Positions 21,433 to 40,802 of a stretch of 64,000 bases of DNA are shown here, one piece after another. A model generated the notes under the pieces. It saw nothing but the letters and a program-made list of their open reading frames with translations, did not search any database and was not told the DNA's origin. Source of the stretch: the human T2T-CHM13v2.0 reference genome, Homo sapiens. The position numbers were made by a program, and so were the translations under genes. Position 1 is the stretch's first letter, and each line of letters opens with the position of its first letter. The DNA lies in NCBI RefSeq assembly GCF_009914755.1, contig NC_060941.1. One strand, written 5' to 3'.

Positions 21433-21714
21433 TTTTTTTTTTTTTTTTTTTTGAGACAAAGTCTTACTCTGTTACCCAGTGGCACGTTCTTGGCTCATTG
21501 CAACCTCCGTCTCCTGGGTTCAAGTGATTCTTCTGCCTCAGCCTCCTGAGTAGCTGGGATTACAGACATGTGCCACCATGTCCAGCTAATTTTTTTGTGT
21601 TTTTAGTAGAGACAGGGTTTCACTGCATTGGCTAGGCTGGTCTTGATCTCCTGACCTCAAATGATCTGCCCTCTAAAAGTGCTGGGATTACAGATGTGAG
21701 TTACCATGCCTGGC
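21433..21714 (-). mobile_element. AluS with internal deletions
   Basis: Antisense Alu. Confidence 0.88.
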
Positions 21715-22719
21715 ACCCCCAGCATCTTGACTTTTGGTTATATCAGTTTATATTTTTTGTATTACCTATGTTTTAACAGGTTGCTAATAGCGATTATTAT
21801 TTTTGATAGATTTATCTTTTGGGTTTCATACTAGAGTTATGAGTGGATTGTACACCACCATTTCAGTTATAGAGTATTTTGTGTTTCACCATGTACTTTT
21901 TACCAGTGGGTTTTATACCTTGAAAAGCTTTCTTTTAGCACATCAGAGTTTTCTTGGTTCAGATTGAATTATTCTCGTTAGCATTTCTTGTTAGGTGGGT
22001 CAGGTGGTGGCAAATTATTTGTTTTTGTTTGTCTCAGAAATACTTTATTTCCCCTTCATATTTCAAGTATAATTTTGCTGAATGCAATATTCTTGGATGG
22101 CAATGTTTTCTCCTTGAGCACTTTGAAAATGTTGTTATACTCCCTCCTGGCTTATATGATTTACACTGGGAAGTCTGTTGCCAGACAAATTGGAGATACA
22201 GTGTTTGCTTCTTTTCTCGTGCTGTTTTTAGGATCTTCTCTTTGTCCTTGACCTTTGAGAGTTTCATTATTATACGTGTTAGAGTACTTTTATTTGGGTT
22301 GAGTGTTGTTCTCAGTCCTTCCTATAACTGGATATTTATATCTTTCTTAAGTTTTAGAAAGTTTTCCATTATTATTTCTTTGGCTGCATTTTCTACCCTT
22401 TAGTCTTATCTCCCTCTTGAATACCAATAATTCTTAGATTTGGTCTTTTGAGGTAATTGTCTGCATCCTGTTGGTGGTATTCATTCCTTTTTGTTCTTTG
22501 TCCTTCTCCCACCACCCCCCACACCCCCAATTGTATTTTCAAATAGCCAGTATTTTAGGTCACTGATTCTTTCCTTCACTTGGTCCATTCCACTGTTGAG
22601 AGTCTCTGATGACTTCTTCAGTTCAGCAAATATGTTTCTCAGTTCCAAGATTTCTATATTTTTTCCCAATCTCTTTGTTAAATTTCTCTGATAAATTTCT
22701 GAATTGCTTTTCTGTGTGT

Positions 22720-22748
22720 TTGTTGTTGTTGTTGTTGTTGTTGTTGTT
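22720..22748 (+). repeat. (GTT)n microsatellite within the L1 ORF1 remnant
   Basis: Direct reading. Confidence 0.9.
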
Positions 22749-22984
22749 TTGGAGATCACTGAGTTTTCTTAAAACTGCTATTTTGAATTCTTGGTCAGAG
22801 GGCTCACAGATCACTCTTTCATTAGGGTCTGTCACTGGAGTTTTGCTTTGTCCATTGGAGAGGTCATAATTCCCTACTTGCTGTTGTTTTTTTCGTGTGT
22901 ATATCTGTATCTTTGCATTGATACTTTATTTCAGTTTTATCTGTCTACCTTGTTTTGATTTTATTGGGTATATTTTGCTTAGTG

Positions 22985-23304
22985 CATTTTTTTTAATCCT
23001 TTTAGAGTCAGGGCTCATTTTGTTGCCCAGGCTGGAGTACAGTGGTGCAGTCATTGCTCACTGTAATCTTGAACTCTTGGGCTGGAGCAATCCTCTAACC
23101 TCAGCCTCCTGAGTAGCTAGGACTACAGGCACGTGACACCATACCTGGCTAACTTTAAAAAGAATTTTTTTTGTTGTTGTTGTTAGAGACAGACTCTCAT
23201 TGTGTTGCCCTGCCTGTCACAAACTCCTGGCCTGAAGTGATCCTCTCACCTGCCTTGGCCTTTCAAGGCACTGGAATTACAAGCATGAGGCAGCGTGTCT
23301 GGCC
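22985..23304 (-). mobile_element. AluJ
   Basis: Diverged antisense Alu. Confidence 0.85.
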
Positions 23305-24029
23305 TGTTAGTGAATCTTTACAGCTAAGTTGTTGCCTTTTTTTTTTGGATATAGGTGGTACCTAAAGCCCAGGTTCACCTTGGCTCTGCTAAATGATTGT
23401 AGTACTGCCTATCCTGATTTGGGAGCATCCCAAAGTGGTTATCCCCACAGTGTGTCAAGTCTGGCTAGGGGTTTGTGCCCAGGGACCTTTGTAATGTATT
23501 GCCTACTACATGGTGCTGCTGAACAGCCACTCTAATTTGGTGTCTCCTTTGGCCAAGTAATGGAACAAAGTTTCCAGGGCTAGGGATGGTAGTCTAGCCT
23601 CCCCACTTTGTCTTGGCCTGTCCTCAGGGTTGTTTCTCCCATCAGGCAGCCACGATACTTCCTGCCAGTTAAGGCAAGGATAGTTTTCCTGCCAGAGCAC
23701 CCAAGATGGTGGGAAAGCTGGTTTACCACCTCAGTCTCACTTTTTCCAGTATAGTCACCATGAGTTGGGGGGGGAGATTTTCTGTGCTCTTGATGCCAGG
23801 CAGAATCGGGGGAGGGGCATTACAGATCTGGAAGTCTGAATCTCTTACCATTCACTCTGAGGTTTTCTTTTTCACTTCTCTGTGGCCTCAGGAATTGTCT
23901 CATCCTCATATTTGAGTTCTGAGTGTTTCTGGTTAAAATCTCGGTACTATATATTTGTTTTTGGTTTTCTGCAGGGGTAGTGAAGCCAGCTAGCTTCTAT
24001 ACCACCGTTTTGGAACTGGAAGTCTCCAT

Positions 24030-25705
24030 CTTCTAGTAGAAATTATTTTAAAGCATCTATTATTACTATGCTCAGTGATATGAAGGAAAATATGCTTCTT
24101 TTAAATAAAAGGGTAGGAAATGTCAGCAGAGAAAGAGAAAATATAGGAAATTACCTAGTGAAAAGTCTACAACTTAAAAATACAATATCAAAAATAAAAA
24201 TGAAATGGATGTGTTAATAGCAGAATTTGAGTGAGTAAATGAATTTGCAGATAGATCACTAGAAATTTCCAAACCAAATGAGTGAAAAAATAGAAAATAA
24301 GTAGAGCCTTAGCAACTTGTGGGACAATATCAGAGCCAACATACATGTAGTTATTGCAGAAGGTGAGGAGAGTAAGGGAGGAAAAAAAATCTAAAAGTGG
24401 GAAACTTTCCACTTTTGTTGAAAGACATACATTTACAACTTCAAAAAGATAAGCAAACAACACATAAGATTAAGTACAACAAAAACCATGTCAAAGGACA
24501 TCATAGTCATTTTTCTGAAAACCAAAGTAAGGAGGAAATCTTGAAAGTAGGCAGACAAAAGTAATGCATTGCACACACAGAAAGTACATTTTAACACACT
24601 ATTGACTTCTCACTGGAAACCATGGAAGTCAGAAGACAGTGGAATAACATGTCTGAAGGACTCAAAGAATAAAATATTGGCCACCTGAAGTTTTCCATCA
24701 AACAACAATATCTCTCAAGGATGAAGGAGCAGTAAAGGCGAGACATCCACACTGTAAATTATGCTAATGGCACATAATACCAGAAGCAAACTTGCAGCTT
24801 TAGGAAATAGTGAAGAATATGGTCATTTCTTGTTGAATAGAAAGGATGATTTTTCCCTTTTAAAAATTTGTGTCTAATATATGGGAATGATTGAATTATT
24901 TTGTTGGTATTGTATTATATGTACATGTAATACATATGACAACTATAGCACAAAGATGGAGGGTGCTAGGGTGGAGGCAGGTATATGGAGCTGTACTATT
25001 GCAAGGTTCAACATTGCTATACATAAAAAATCAATGCTTCAATGAAAATGGCATACTAAAAAATGTTCAGTTAATACAAAAGACAGGAAAGGAAAGGCAG
25101 AAGCACAAGAAAAAGAGGGATAAACAGAAAACAGATATTAAATGGTATATCAAAATTCAACCATATAGAAATTAAATATTAATGTACTCCAATATAAAGG
25201 AAGAAATTGCCTATAAGGTAGTGTTGAATATAGAGACATTAATATGATAGTAAATGTATATTAAAAGATACATCATCCAAATAAGAAACATAAGAATATT
25301 GGAAATTCAACTATATTAGTATCAACTAAAATAGAATTTAAGACAAAGCCTATTACCAGAGATATTTTGTACTGTTCAAAAGTCAAATTATCAGGAAAAT
25401 TTAAATGTATGCACGTAGACTCAGTTTTAAATGCACATAATTTAAATGCATCTTGACATTTTGGGCTGTATGATAAAAAATAAAATAAATGTATGCATCT
25501 AAAACTGAGTTTTAAAATACATTAAATAAAATCAGAATTAATAGGATGAATAATTCTACAATCAGCATTGTTGATTTTAATACCACTTTCTTGATGTTGA
25601 TAGAATAGAGAAAAAAGACATAAATTATTAGAGTAACACTACTAGCTACATTGGCCTATTAGATAACCAAACCCAACAACTGCAGAATACATATTATTTT
25701 CAATT
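24030..25705 (+). mobile_element. Old L1M ORF1 / ORF2-endonuclease remnant
   Basis: gacttctcactggaaaccatggaagtcagaagacagtggaataacat and caacaactgcagaatacatattattttcaa. Confidence 0.7.
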
Positions 25706-25719
25706 ATGACATCATGCCT

Positions 25720-27210
25720 AGTTTGAATGGATATGAAACAGTGGATAATAGATGATACTTAAGTCAGAGGCAAAACATTTATTATGGATGGATTTGGATG
25801 GCAATCACAGTGCAGTGCAGGGTACTGTAGGCTTGATAAGCAGCTTGATTCCAGTCATTTCCATCAGTGAATAGAACCTTACCTTGGCTGTGAGTGATCC
25901 AGATTGTTCAATTAGCAACTATGATTTGTTTGCAGAACTCATGGCCCCAAAGAGGTGCATCTGTAGTCTGCGAGTGTTTAGTCTTCCTTGTGGCAGATGA
26001 GACCACTGGCCAGGCCATTGCCAACTGAGGAAAAGTCAGTAAAAATGAAACTTCTAGAGGGTTTTCAGAATTAGGAGGCGGCGAACTTTTTCTTTAAAGG
26101 ACCAGATAATAAGTATCTTTGACTCTGCATTCCATATTGTCTCTATACTCAGTTCTCCTGCTGTCATACAAAAGCTTCCATAGGCAGTACATAAATGAAT
26201 GGGCACAGTTGGCCCACCGACATAGTTTTTACCTAACCCTGAATTAAAGCTGGGGTGATGGCTTTGCATTATTCTATCATGCTGGTTGCTCCTTATTTCA
26301 ATCAGCCTTCCAGAGTTGTTGGGGTTATACAGCTATCAAGGCCCAGTGGGCATCATCAGGTTTCATCTTAGCTGAGCCATCAGTCAATCAGGCCCAGGTA
26401 TTTAAAGGAAGCTCTGTGAATCCAGTGCCTCTTGAGCCAGTGGCATGCTTCTGACAGTGGAATAAAAGATAAAGTGGCTGTAATACCCAAGGTTCTGCTC
26501 AACCAGACTGGCTGTACTCTGGAATATACCATTTCCATTTGAATAGCGGTCCCTGTTGGTTGGGCTCTTCCCACCTTGTTCATTTTCAAATTTTAGTTGA
26601 CCCATCCCCAAGTAGGTCTAGAAAGTCACAAGGCCTCCATGGGTCAGTTGTTCAATTACAATTAGAACTTTGTAGCTGGTTAATAGCAGCCTTCTAAAAA
26701 AGGGAGTGTACTTGGTGGCTGCATCAGGCAGGTGGCGATGTTGTACTGAGATAACACCTCTGAGTACTTCAGCAGCCATTAAGTCTTTACCTAAACATTT
26801 TACTCTTGGAATCCTACGTTGTTTCTGGCATATAATATGGGAAGGAACTGGAAGTCTAGTAGGTGGTCTGTTGTGCAGTTGTCCCACTATCACCTTGGTG
26901 TACATGTTCGATGATATCCTCTGGCACAAGCATTTAAGTACAGTCATGTAAGCCATTAATACCAGTTATATATTCACCAACATAAGTCAAAATGATAGTA
27001 CATTGAATCGGACTAAAGGGTCCCACCATTTTATATCCCATTCCAGTGTATTTTTCCTCCATGAAAAGCATGGACTAGCGTTTTTAATGTGCACATGCCA
27101 GTTGCTCCAGTGACAATTGCCCTTCAGTAATGTTATCCCCTGTGCATGGCAGGGGAAGCTACCCTTTGCATAAGGTGGGACAGCTAGGATGTTGGGCTTT
27201 TATCTCACTT
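25720..27210 (-). mobile_element. ERVL/MaLR-class internal sequence with degenerate pro-pol remnants
   Basis: Minus-strand peptides QKQRRIP, LPDAATKYTPF, NKVGRAQ, KWKWY and TDGSA match ERVL pol landmarks. Confidence 0.75.
26072..26241 (+). mobile_element. MER58A-like hAT-Charlie MITE inside the ERVL relic
   Basis: gcgaactttttctttaaaggaccagataataagtat...ttggccc...taaccctg. Confidence 0.7.
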
Positions 27211-27214
27211 GGCC

Positions 27215-27555
<341 letters not shown>

Positions 27556-27889
27556 TAAAAAATGTTGAAGTACATGGCTGGGAATGTTTCTAGAACTTGT
27601 ATTTTAATTCCCTTTTTTATATTTCTATATGTTTTCATTAAACATAACCTCATCAAATGGCTTGGACTTTGGCAAGGTAGTTATTGCTATATGCAGTTAT
27701 CTTTATGATAACTCTCTTCGTCTTGAGACTTTTTATCCGAGCATTGCTCTTGGGTTTTCTTTCTTTTCCAGTAGGGTTAGAAAGGGCGTTGTTATTGGAA
27801 TCATTAGGCATACTTTTGGCCATAGAAAGAAAACCACATTTAACAATGGTTTTTTAAAATCAGTGTTTATTTTTTATCACGTTATAAAA

Positions 27890-28220
27890 TGTTTGCTGCT
27901 GGTCTTGGCTGAATGATGTCTATGTGACTTTTTTTGCTCTTTCCCTCATGATTCCTTTATAAATGTCACTTCCCTGGGCATCATTTCAGACTTCAAGGCA
28001 ATAAGAAGGGGAGAAAGGGCACCATCAGTGATGTTAATTTCCTTTATCAGGAAAGCAGATACTGTTCCAGAATCCTGCAATAGCCACCTGCCTTTGAGTG
28101 ATCATAACTATGTCACCACTTGTTGTAAAAGAGGCTAGGCAATCACAGATTAAGTATCTGTGGTGGCATCCAGTGAAGGAGTGAATGTTGGAGATGGATG
28201 TTGGATTTGCCTCTCAGTAG
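27890..28220 (-). mobile_element. Old MLT1 (J/K-like) LTR fragment
   Basis: ctttatcaggaaagc...ccagaatcc...gaggctaggcaat. Confidence 0.5.
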
Positions 28221-28356
28221 TTAAATCTATATAATCATCACCACAATCAAGATATAGAATAGTTTTCTTATCTCAGAAACAACTTTCCTCCTGCCCTTTT
28301 TCGTCAGTGCTCTCTGCCCTGCTGCTGCCCTAGACATTGCTATTACCTTATTATTA

Positions 28357-28661
<305 letters not shown>

Positions 28662-28769
28662 TAAAAATATTTTTTCTGTAATTTCTAAGGTTTGATATGG
28701 GGTTGGAGGGAATGCTGTTGCTGGTCACTTTATTTTCTAACTTGGTATTGCTGATCAGTACCAGAGTTA

Positions 28770-28925
28770 TTATTTAAGTATTCTAAAAATGCATATTTCT
28801 TGGTCATCCCCCCTCCTACCCAAATAACTGCTGAATCATAATTCTGAAGATGTGACCACAGGATCTGCATTTTGTACAGATCATCTAAGTGCTTCTTATC
28901 ACACTAAAGTTTAACAATCTCTGCT
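28770..28925. mobile_element. MER5A-like MITE
   Basis: ctgctgaatca...atctgcatttt...cacactaaagtttaacaatctctg. Confidence 0.6.
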
Positions 28926-29746
28926 TCAGGTTTTTTTAGGATGTTAAATAATCCCAAAATGTTATCATTCTTATTAATTGAGGTTGTTATTGAGTTTTTG
29001 GTGGTGAATTCACAGCCTTATAAGATGCTGATTTCTACATCTTAGATGCTGAAATGTAGTAACATTTAATTCTAGTACCCAATCCTCTTGTTTCATATGT
29101 ACTTTGACTTCAACCCATTTTGTGAATTAATTTTTTTAAGTTTTGATAAAATGTTGAACATAGATGAAAACACTCTTTAGAAATTTTATGTTCCATGTGA
29201 GTATATCTACTATATTAGATATTGGTTTCCCCAAATATTACAGTTTTGAATTCTCAAATCGATGAAATATTTAAAAATGAATAACTCAGATTACATAAAG
29301 TATTTGTATAAATCGGAATTACTGGACTATGACTACAGTACGTTTTAAAGAACAAATATCTTAGCATTTTAGAGGCCTAATTGGTTTCTGATTAGCCAAA
29401 TTTTATATCATTATAATGAGAAATGTGAGATATTATAAATATGCTAAATAATACAGGAAACATTTAATGAATGGTAAATTACATAACCTAACATAAATTT
29501 GCAAAACATTTAATTAAACACTGTAATACTGTATTTGTATCTCATTAGTTGAGAACTCTGACATTTGTATACTTAAAAACTCTAAATTGGTAATAATGAG
29601 TGCCCTAATGAGGATTCCCAGATTAAGTTAAGTGCTGTTTGCTTGAGTTTTTCTTCTTATGGCACACTTTTATGCTGAATGGAAGGAAACTTAATAAGAA
29701 CATCTGGTTATACCTTTTACCCATATTATATTCAAGCCATTTGTTT

Positions 29747-30070
<324 letters not shown>

Positions 30071-30789
30071 TCAAGCCATTTGTTTAACCCAACCCCAGAT
30101 GTGAAATGAGCCACGATAGGCACAGATAAAAATGCTCGTTTAGGCTTCTCAGCAGCTGCTTATCTTCCTTTGTGCATAGGACAGCAAAGGCATCTCTAAG
30201 AACTAAGGGGGCTATTAAAAGAAACCACAAACTATAAAAAGAGGCTATAGAACTTCACTTTCAGGAAACTGGCTAGTTAGTGTTCCTTTCATTTTTTTAT
30301 GACAGATTTGTTGAGGTATAATTCACATACATAAAGTTCACCATTTTATAATGTACAATTCAGTAGTTTTTTAGTATATTCAGTTATCCATTGATCACTA
30401 CCATTCAATTCAAGAACATTTTCAGCACCCCAAAATGAACCTTGTACCTATCCAAGTCACTCTCCATCCCCCTCTCCCTGCTCCTCTGCAATTACTAATT
30501 TATTTTCTGTATCTGTGGATTTGCTTATTTTATACATTTCATATAAAATGGAATCATACAATATGTGGCCTTTTATGTCTTGTTTCTTTCACTTTGCATA
30601 ATGCTTCAAAGTTCATCCATTTTCAAATATGCATCAGAAACTTCATTCCTATTCATGGATGAGTAAATACTATTTCATTATATGGATATATGACATTTTG
30701 TTTATTCATTTATCAATTGATAGACATTTAAGTTGTTTCCACATTTGGGCTTAGGAATCCAGCTGCAAACATTTGTATATAGATTTTTG

Positions 30790-31094
30790 CTTTTTTTTTT
30801 TTTTTTTTTTTTTTTTCTTTTTGAGATGGAGTCTTGCTCTGTCGCCCAGGCTGGAGTGCAGTGGCTCACTGCAAGTGCAAGCTCTGCCTCCCGGGTTCAC
30901 ACCATTCTCCTGCCTCAGCCTCCTGAGTAACTGGGACTACAGGCACCTGCCACCACACTCGGCTAATTTTTTGTATTTTTTAGTAGAGATCGGGTTTCAC
31001 CGTGTTAGCCAGGATGGTCTCAATCTCCTGACCTCGTGATCCACCCGCCTCGGCCTGCCAAAGTGCTGGGATTACAGGCTTGAGCCACCACAGC
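30790..31094 (-). mobile_element. AluY, slightly rearranged
   Basis: TSD ttgtatatag(a/g)tttttg at 30773-30789 and 31095-31111. Confidence 0.9.
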
Positions 31095-31206
31095 TTGTAT
31101 ATAGGTTTTTGTATGAACGTATGTTTTTAGTTCTCTTGAATATCTATCTAGGAGTGAAAATGCTGGGTCATATGGTAACTTTATGTTAAACTTTTGGAAA
31201 CAATAT

Positions 31207-32252
<1,046 letters not shown>

Positions 32253-32264
32253 GGAAGCACTTTC

Positions 32265-34984
<2,720 letters not shown>

Positions 34985-35307
34985 GGCGGAAGCACTTTCT
35001 AAGTGGCTACACCATTTATATTTCCCCTATGGAAATTTGAGTGTTTCAGTTTCTACACATCCTCACCAAAACTTATCATCTTTTTTTATTTTAGCCATTC
35101 TTTTCGGTATGAAGTGGTATCTCATTGTGGTTTTTATTTGCATGTCCTTAATGACTAATGATGTTGAGAGTCTTTTCATATGCTATTGGCCATTTGTTTA
35201 TCTTCTTTGGAGAAATATTTGTCCCAGTCCTTTATTTATCAGATGTATTATTTGCAAATACTTTCCCTCATTCATTTTATGGCTTTTTTAACTTTCTTAA
35301 TGGTATT

Positions 35308-35939
<632 letters not shown>

Positions 35940-36022
35940 TAATGTTGAAGAAGTATGATTTGTCTACTTTGACTTGGGTTGCTTATAGGTGATCTCGATT
36001 AAGAGTCCAAGTAAGAGACTAA

Positions 36023-36365
<343 letters not shown>

Positions 36366-36434
36366 TGATAGCAGTATGTTGATAGCAGTGAAAACAGACA
36401 TTTGGACAGAGTTGCAATGTATTTTTATGAGGAC

Positions 36435-36630
36435 AATAATAATAATAGCAAACATCTTTGTATAGTGCTTATTAAGTGCTAGGCACTGTTCTAAGTGCTG
36501 TATGCAGTAACTCATACCCAACAACCCTATGAAATTGGCATAATTATTCCTGTTTTGCAAATGAAGAATCTCAAGGCACAGAGCTGGTAATTAACTTTCA
36601 TATGGCCATATAGCTTGTAAGTAGTAGATA
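36435..36630 (-). mobile_element. MIR
   Basis: aggcactgttctaagtgct...caacaaccctatga...ttttgcaaatgaagaa. Confidence 0.75.
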
Positions 36631-37074
36631 TATTTACTGTGATATATTGCCTCTAGGTAAAGCTTATATATGGCTTTATATTTATAGTACTGTTTCCATG
36701 TATTTTCATAATCTTCTATAATATTAAACTTTGTAGATTGTTTCATTTCAAATTGGTATTTTAAATCTAATCTGAAAAGAAATTATATGTGTATGCACAA
36801 ATGTGTATATGTAGTTATGTAATATATATAAATGGATAGATATACTGTATATTTGCATTAAGAGTTGCCTGAAAGAAGGATGTGTTCCAAGATAATGAGA
36901 AATAGTTGTGGGATTTATGTGTGTGTGATTTTTTTAAAATACCAAAGTTATTTTCTGTATTTATGTTCATTATTTTATTATATATAGCTATATTCTACCT
37001 TGAAAACAAAATAAACAAAATATCTGCTTGCTATTGAATGTCATTTTTCTTCTTTTAAGCAGATAATCCATATT

Positions 37075-37245
37075 TTTTAAATTAATTAATTTATTTTACA
37101 GATTGGGGGTCTCACTCTGTTGCCCAAGCTAGAGTACAGTGGCACAGTCATAACTCACTGCAGCCTCATAACTCCTGGGCTTAAGCGATCCTTCTACCTT
37201 AGCCTCCTGAGTAGCTGGAGCTACAAGTGCATCATTGCGCCTCGC
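37075..37245 (-). mobile_element. AluJ right monomer
   Basis: Single arm. The sequence gcttgctattgaat recurs on both sides. Confidence 0.8.
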
Positions 37246-39430
37246 TTGCTATTGAATTCTTTAAAGTACCTTAAAAATAAAGTATCTTAATTTCATTGGT
37301 CTCATGTTCTTAACTCATGTCTTGTATGGATTTTTCTTAAGGGAAGACTTTCTTTAGTTTTTCCTCTCTCTACTGTGGAGAATCTAATAACACTAACTTT
37401 GAATTTCAACTGAGCAAAAGATTATTCCCATAAAAAGAATGTCTTTCTTCTCATTGTAGATCTATATTACAAAAAACTATATTGAATTATTATATTTTGA
37501 ATTGCATCAACAAAAATTTTGTCAAAATTTGGTTTTTCTCTTGTTATAAACAACAACTACATGGTACCTTTGATTTTGCTTTCTTGTCTTCAAGGCCTAA
37601 AATTTATTATCTGGTCCTTTACAGAAAAAGTTTACTGAACCCAGTTCTAAAAGAAACCTCCACTTCTCTCATGTCCACAAACATTTTCTGTGTCAGTTCT
37701 ATAGGATTCTGAAATGTGGCCAACCAGGAGCACATATACTTTATCTCTTGCTATTCACATCTGCTTAGTTCCTGAGTTTAAAATATTGACTAGTGAGTGT
37801 CTTAAAGAAAAAAATATATAAATATGTTTGTGTCCTAAATTTGAGAGCAGGGGTTTGAATAGTGAGTGGTACCTGTACTTGTTTATTATTTGTTACCACG
37901 GTTGCCTAATCTGTACATGGTAAATGTTATTTGTCATGATATTCATGATATTTAGTGCTGTAGAATTAAATCAGTAATGCGACTCGACTCCTATCTAGCT
38001 CTTCTTTTTGTGATGAGAATATGTTAATTACAAATAACATTCCATAATTGAGGTCCAAAAATCATGCAGATAATGTCATCACCTTATTACTAGTTTTCCA
38101 TTTTTACAGGTTTTTTTCATTTTTAATAATGTCTGAAAAACCGTCCAGCTAGTTAACTAATAGCAACAGTTATATTATTTTACATCTTGTGGATAGGCAA
38201 CTTGTTATCCTCTGTAATGTTATTTAAAGGATTAAACTTTCCCTACTTATTTTGACAGCTAGTATCTTTAGCAGTCCTTCTCTGCTCATTTATATATGCT
38301 GATATGTCTTCAAGGTCATAGAGCAGAATCACTTCTCTATTAGCAGTTTTCTAAAAAAGCATTAGGTGGAATTCTGTCTTCCTGCCTTGATACTGTTACT
38401 AACACCACCTCTATATCCTGAGTAGTCTAAAAATGAAAGAAAGAAACTCCTTTTTATTGACAGACCAGGAAGTGGTCTTGATTATAAGTGTTTTGGAAAA
38501 AGATGTTAGATAACATAGTTCAATTTCACTGTGGCTGGAACATAAATTGCTCAATGATAAATCTAAGGATGCCTTTCTTTATATAGTTGACTCTGTCATG
38601 TGAAAATGCATTTCATATTATGATATTAATTTCTTCCGGTACTATATTTCTTTTCTCTTACTTCTTCTGTTTACACCTTTGTTCGTCCTGCTTTTCCCTT
38701 CCTCTTGCTTTTCTACGACTTTCATCCTTTCTTTTAATAGGACCCCTGATCTATTCAGAAAAGTCAGTTAAGCTGAACATAATCGTAGGCAAGCTACAGA
38801 GGTTAAACACTTCTGGAATAACTATTTATCTGAAATGCTGGAATTGTTGGGAGTTAAATTTCTCAGCTTTTAGGACAGTCTTTAATTATATCATTAATGT
38901 GTCATTTGGATGTGTCACAATAGTCGAGATTGGCAGGCATGTGGTTGAATTTTGAGTTTGTTCATGTACTGATGATGTTTGTCTAGCAGTTTTCTAGCAA
39001 TGAAGTATCTTGTCTTGATACATAAGACTAAAATTTCTTTTTTATTTAAAAGATTCCAGGCTCTATTAGAAACTTGTACTTTGATGGCTACCTAGAGCTT
39101 TTGTTTGTGGTGCGTTTCTGAAATATGTAGTCTTATTTGAAGACCTAATACACTGAAAAGTGTTTCTCTGACCACTTGGGGACTTTTACCTAATTCATGT
39201 TATTATAATGAAGCTAATATGCCTCATGCACATAGATATGTATATATACAGCTTTTTTTTAATTTTTAATTTTTGTGGGTACATAGTAGTTATGTATATT
39301 TATGGAGTACTTGAAATATTTTGATACAGGCATATAGTACATAATAATCACATCAGGGTAATTGGGGTATCCATCACCTCAAGCATGTATCCTCTGTGTT
39401 ACAAACAGTCCAATTACACTCTTTTAATTA

Positions 39431-40249
<819 letters not shown>

Positions 40250-40494
40250 TAAGTTATTATTGACTATAGTCACCTTATTGTGCTATCAAATAGTAGGTCT
40301 TATTTATTCTATTTAAAAATGTAGAATTAAATTATTATTGACTACAGTCACCCTGTTGTGCTATCAAATACCAGATATTATCCATTCTTTCTATTTTTCG
40401 TACCCATTAGCCATCCCTACTCCCCCCTCCTCCCTCCACTACCCTTTCCAGCCTCTCGTAAACATCCTTCTACTCTCTATCTCCATGAGTTTAT

Positions 40495-40802
<308 letters not shown>

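Noticed and set aside
22481-22869. Poly-Asn/Thr/Leu ORFs
   Set aside because: They come from a (GTT)n microsatellite in a dead L1 ORF1.
38587-38955. 122-aa hydrophobic ORF
   Set aside because: It has a TTG start and a Phe/Leu/Ser bias explained by the pyrimidine tract. It is out of frame with a phase-0 splice at 38741.
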